Below are positions 46,779-48,090 of a DNA stretch of 48,090 nt, piece by piece. Within the stretch, counting starts at the first letter, position 1. The number at the start of each line of letters is the position of its first letter. Where the stretch lies: the NCBI GenBank assembly GCA_013824915.1, contig PNOQ01000053.1, forward strand, positions 1 through 48,090, in the 5' to 3' direction. Both the position numbers and the translations under genes were made by a program. The stretch is from Nanoarchaeum sp. Its GTDB lineage: Archaea; Nanobdellota; Nanobdellia; SCGC-AAA011-G17; PNOQ01. Under the pieces are notes generated by a model. The model searched no databases and had not been told where the DNA came from. It was given only the letters and a program-made list of their open reading frames with translations.

Positions 46779-47252
46779 CTAATTTATTGTTTTTAATTTT
46801 ATGTCTTTTAATTGTCTAAACTCTAAGTCTACATAAGAAATGCAACAATCTCCATCAAAATTCCAAAATGTGGCACTATGGCTGGCGGAAAAATGACTTA
46901 ATTTTTTAAATTGTTTTGCTTTTTCGCAATTTTCACTTTCGCATACAATTTGTTCTCCTTCTAGAAAATCATTTATATTTTCAAATATATTAAAATTTTC
47001 ACAAGAAAAATTTTTGTCTACAAATAGTTTTATTTTGGATTTATTTTTTTCTAAGATATCATGTGGAATTTTAGATAATCTTACTTGTTTATTAATAATA
47101 CAGATAGCTTTCTTACCGCCCAAACTTTTTATTTTTGCAGATTTTTGATTTTTGGACAGTATGGGATTATTTTTGAACTCATGGACTTGGCGAGCAATTC
47201 CAATCATATTCTCTCCAATCAAAAAAGAACCTATATTTTCGGAAGAAGCCAT
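46779..47252 (-). CDS. Hypothetical protein
   Basis: 157-aa ORF, third gene of a tightly spaced trio. Confidence 0.65.
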   Translation of the reverse strand: MASSENIGSFLIGENMIGIARQVHEFKNNPILSKNQKSAKIKSLGGKKAICIINKQVRLSKIPHDILEKNKSKIKLFVDKNFSCENFNIFENINDFLEGEQIVCESENCEKAKQFKKLSHFSASHSATFWNFDGDCCISYVDLEFRQLKDIKLKTIN

Positions 47253-47253
47253 T

Positions 47254-47508
47254 TTAATTAATTTCTTCTATGTATCCCTTTTCTTTTAAAATCTTTATAG
47301 ATTTAATAATATTATCTGCACGTTCATTTAAATTAACCACTAAATCCGAGATTCTAACTGAATTTCTTCCAATCATAAATTCTTTTATTCTTTCTGATAA
47401 TATTTCATCTTTTAGTTGTTTACTTGTTGAATTTGGTGCCATAAAAAAGCTTCCAGTATTCTGAAATAATGACGCTCCTTGGGCAATCATAATGTTTGTG
47501 CTTATCAT
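47254..47508 (-). CDS. Small winged-helix-like protein
   Basis: ISDLVVNL...IIKSIKILKEKGYIEE. Confidence 0.6.
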   Translation of the reverse strand: MISTNIMIAQGASLFQNTGSFFMAPNSTSKQLKDEILSERIKEFMIGRNSVRISDLVVNLNERADNIIKSIKILKEKGYIEEIN

Positions 47509-47510
47509 TT

Positions 47511-47861
47511 TTATTTTTTATCTTTTTCTTTTATTTCCTTATCTAAACTGTCCGAAAATGCTTTAATTTCTTCAACAAATTTTTGTTTTTCATTTGGTGA
47601 CATTTCAAATATAAGAACCATCTTATTTGAAATTGTTGAAGCCCTTACGAATAAATCAATCAAAGTTTTTCTTGATTCATTATCAAGATTTTTTGAAAGT
47701 TCTAATAACGCAGATGGGTCCTTTTGCAATTGAACCCAATTTTTATAGTCTTCTGAATATTTTTCCTGCATAAATTTGAGTTGTTCTATCGACCTAGCAG
47801 TATCAGTTAAAAAAATTTTATAAAATTTCGATAACTCAATAATAAAATCTTTTTTTGTCAT
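47511..47861 (-). CDS. Hypothetical helical protein
   Basis: 116-aa ORF, 2-nt gap to the next gene. Confidence 0.7.
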   Translation of the reverse strand: MTKKDFIIELSKFYKIFLTDTARSIEQLKFMQEKYSEDYKNWVQLQKDPSALLELSKNLDNESRKTLIDLFVRASTISNKMVLIFEMSPNEKQKFVEEIKAFSDSLDKEIKEKDKK

Positions 47862-47961
47862 TTTGTCCCATTTGTAAGTATACCATAAAATTTATAATTC
47901 TTGTGGTTTATGAGGCTTTAGGTATAAGTCTTAGAATAACCTTATTTTTTACACAGAGAAA

Positions 47962-48090
47962 TTAAAATAATCTAAAACTTTTGATTAATGCTATTATTGA
48001 GATGATTATTGCTATAATAGAAATAATTATAGAAAATTCTCTATGCCTTATACTATCTAATTCTCTTAATTGTATTAATCCTCTTCCGGT
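47962..48090 (-). CDS. C-terminus of a membrane-anchored protein (starts beyond the window)
   Basis: Open frame TGRGLIQLRELDSIRHREFSIIISIIAIIISIIALIKSFRLF*. Confidence 0.6.
   Translation of the reverse strand, partial: TGRGLIQLRELDSIRHREFSIIISIIAIIISIIALIKSFRLF

Overview
Very AT-rich archaeal chromosome segment. Gene content (MCM, TBP, aIF-1A, aIF-2beta, Topo VI, RFC, FEN1, CDC48, many class III signal-peptide pilins, no metabolic operons) points to a DPANN archaeon, probably Woesearchaeota/Pacearchaeota-like (inference). It is mostly informational housekeeping genes. It also holds a pilin cluster, a large S8 protease, a free-standing LAGLIDADG gene, two tRNAs and three 'regulator + orphan gene' cassettes. 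The most notable signals are non-coding or absent from the ORF track. (1) A leaderless 13-codon Ile-rich uORF (MVSLIQIRIISII) lies upstream of ileS, and its last codons can pair with the ileS Shine-Dalgarno: a candidate ribosome-mediated attenuator in an archaeon. (2) An H-type pseudoknot with compensatory changes occurs twice, in the 5' leaders of two unrelated orphan genes that are each divergent from a regulator. (3) A tRNA-Ile(GAU) carries two introns and superficially reads as tRNA-Val(CAC). (4) Operator-like palindromes flank an HTH regulator and precede an AbrB-like gene/cdc48 operon. No CRISPR array, rRNA, integrase or transposase was seen. All assignments come from reading motifs by eye; no searches were run.
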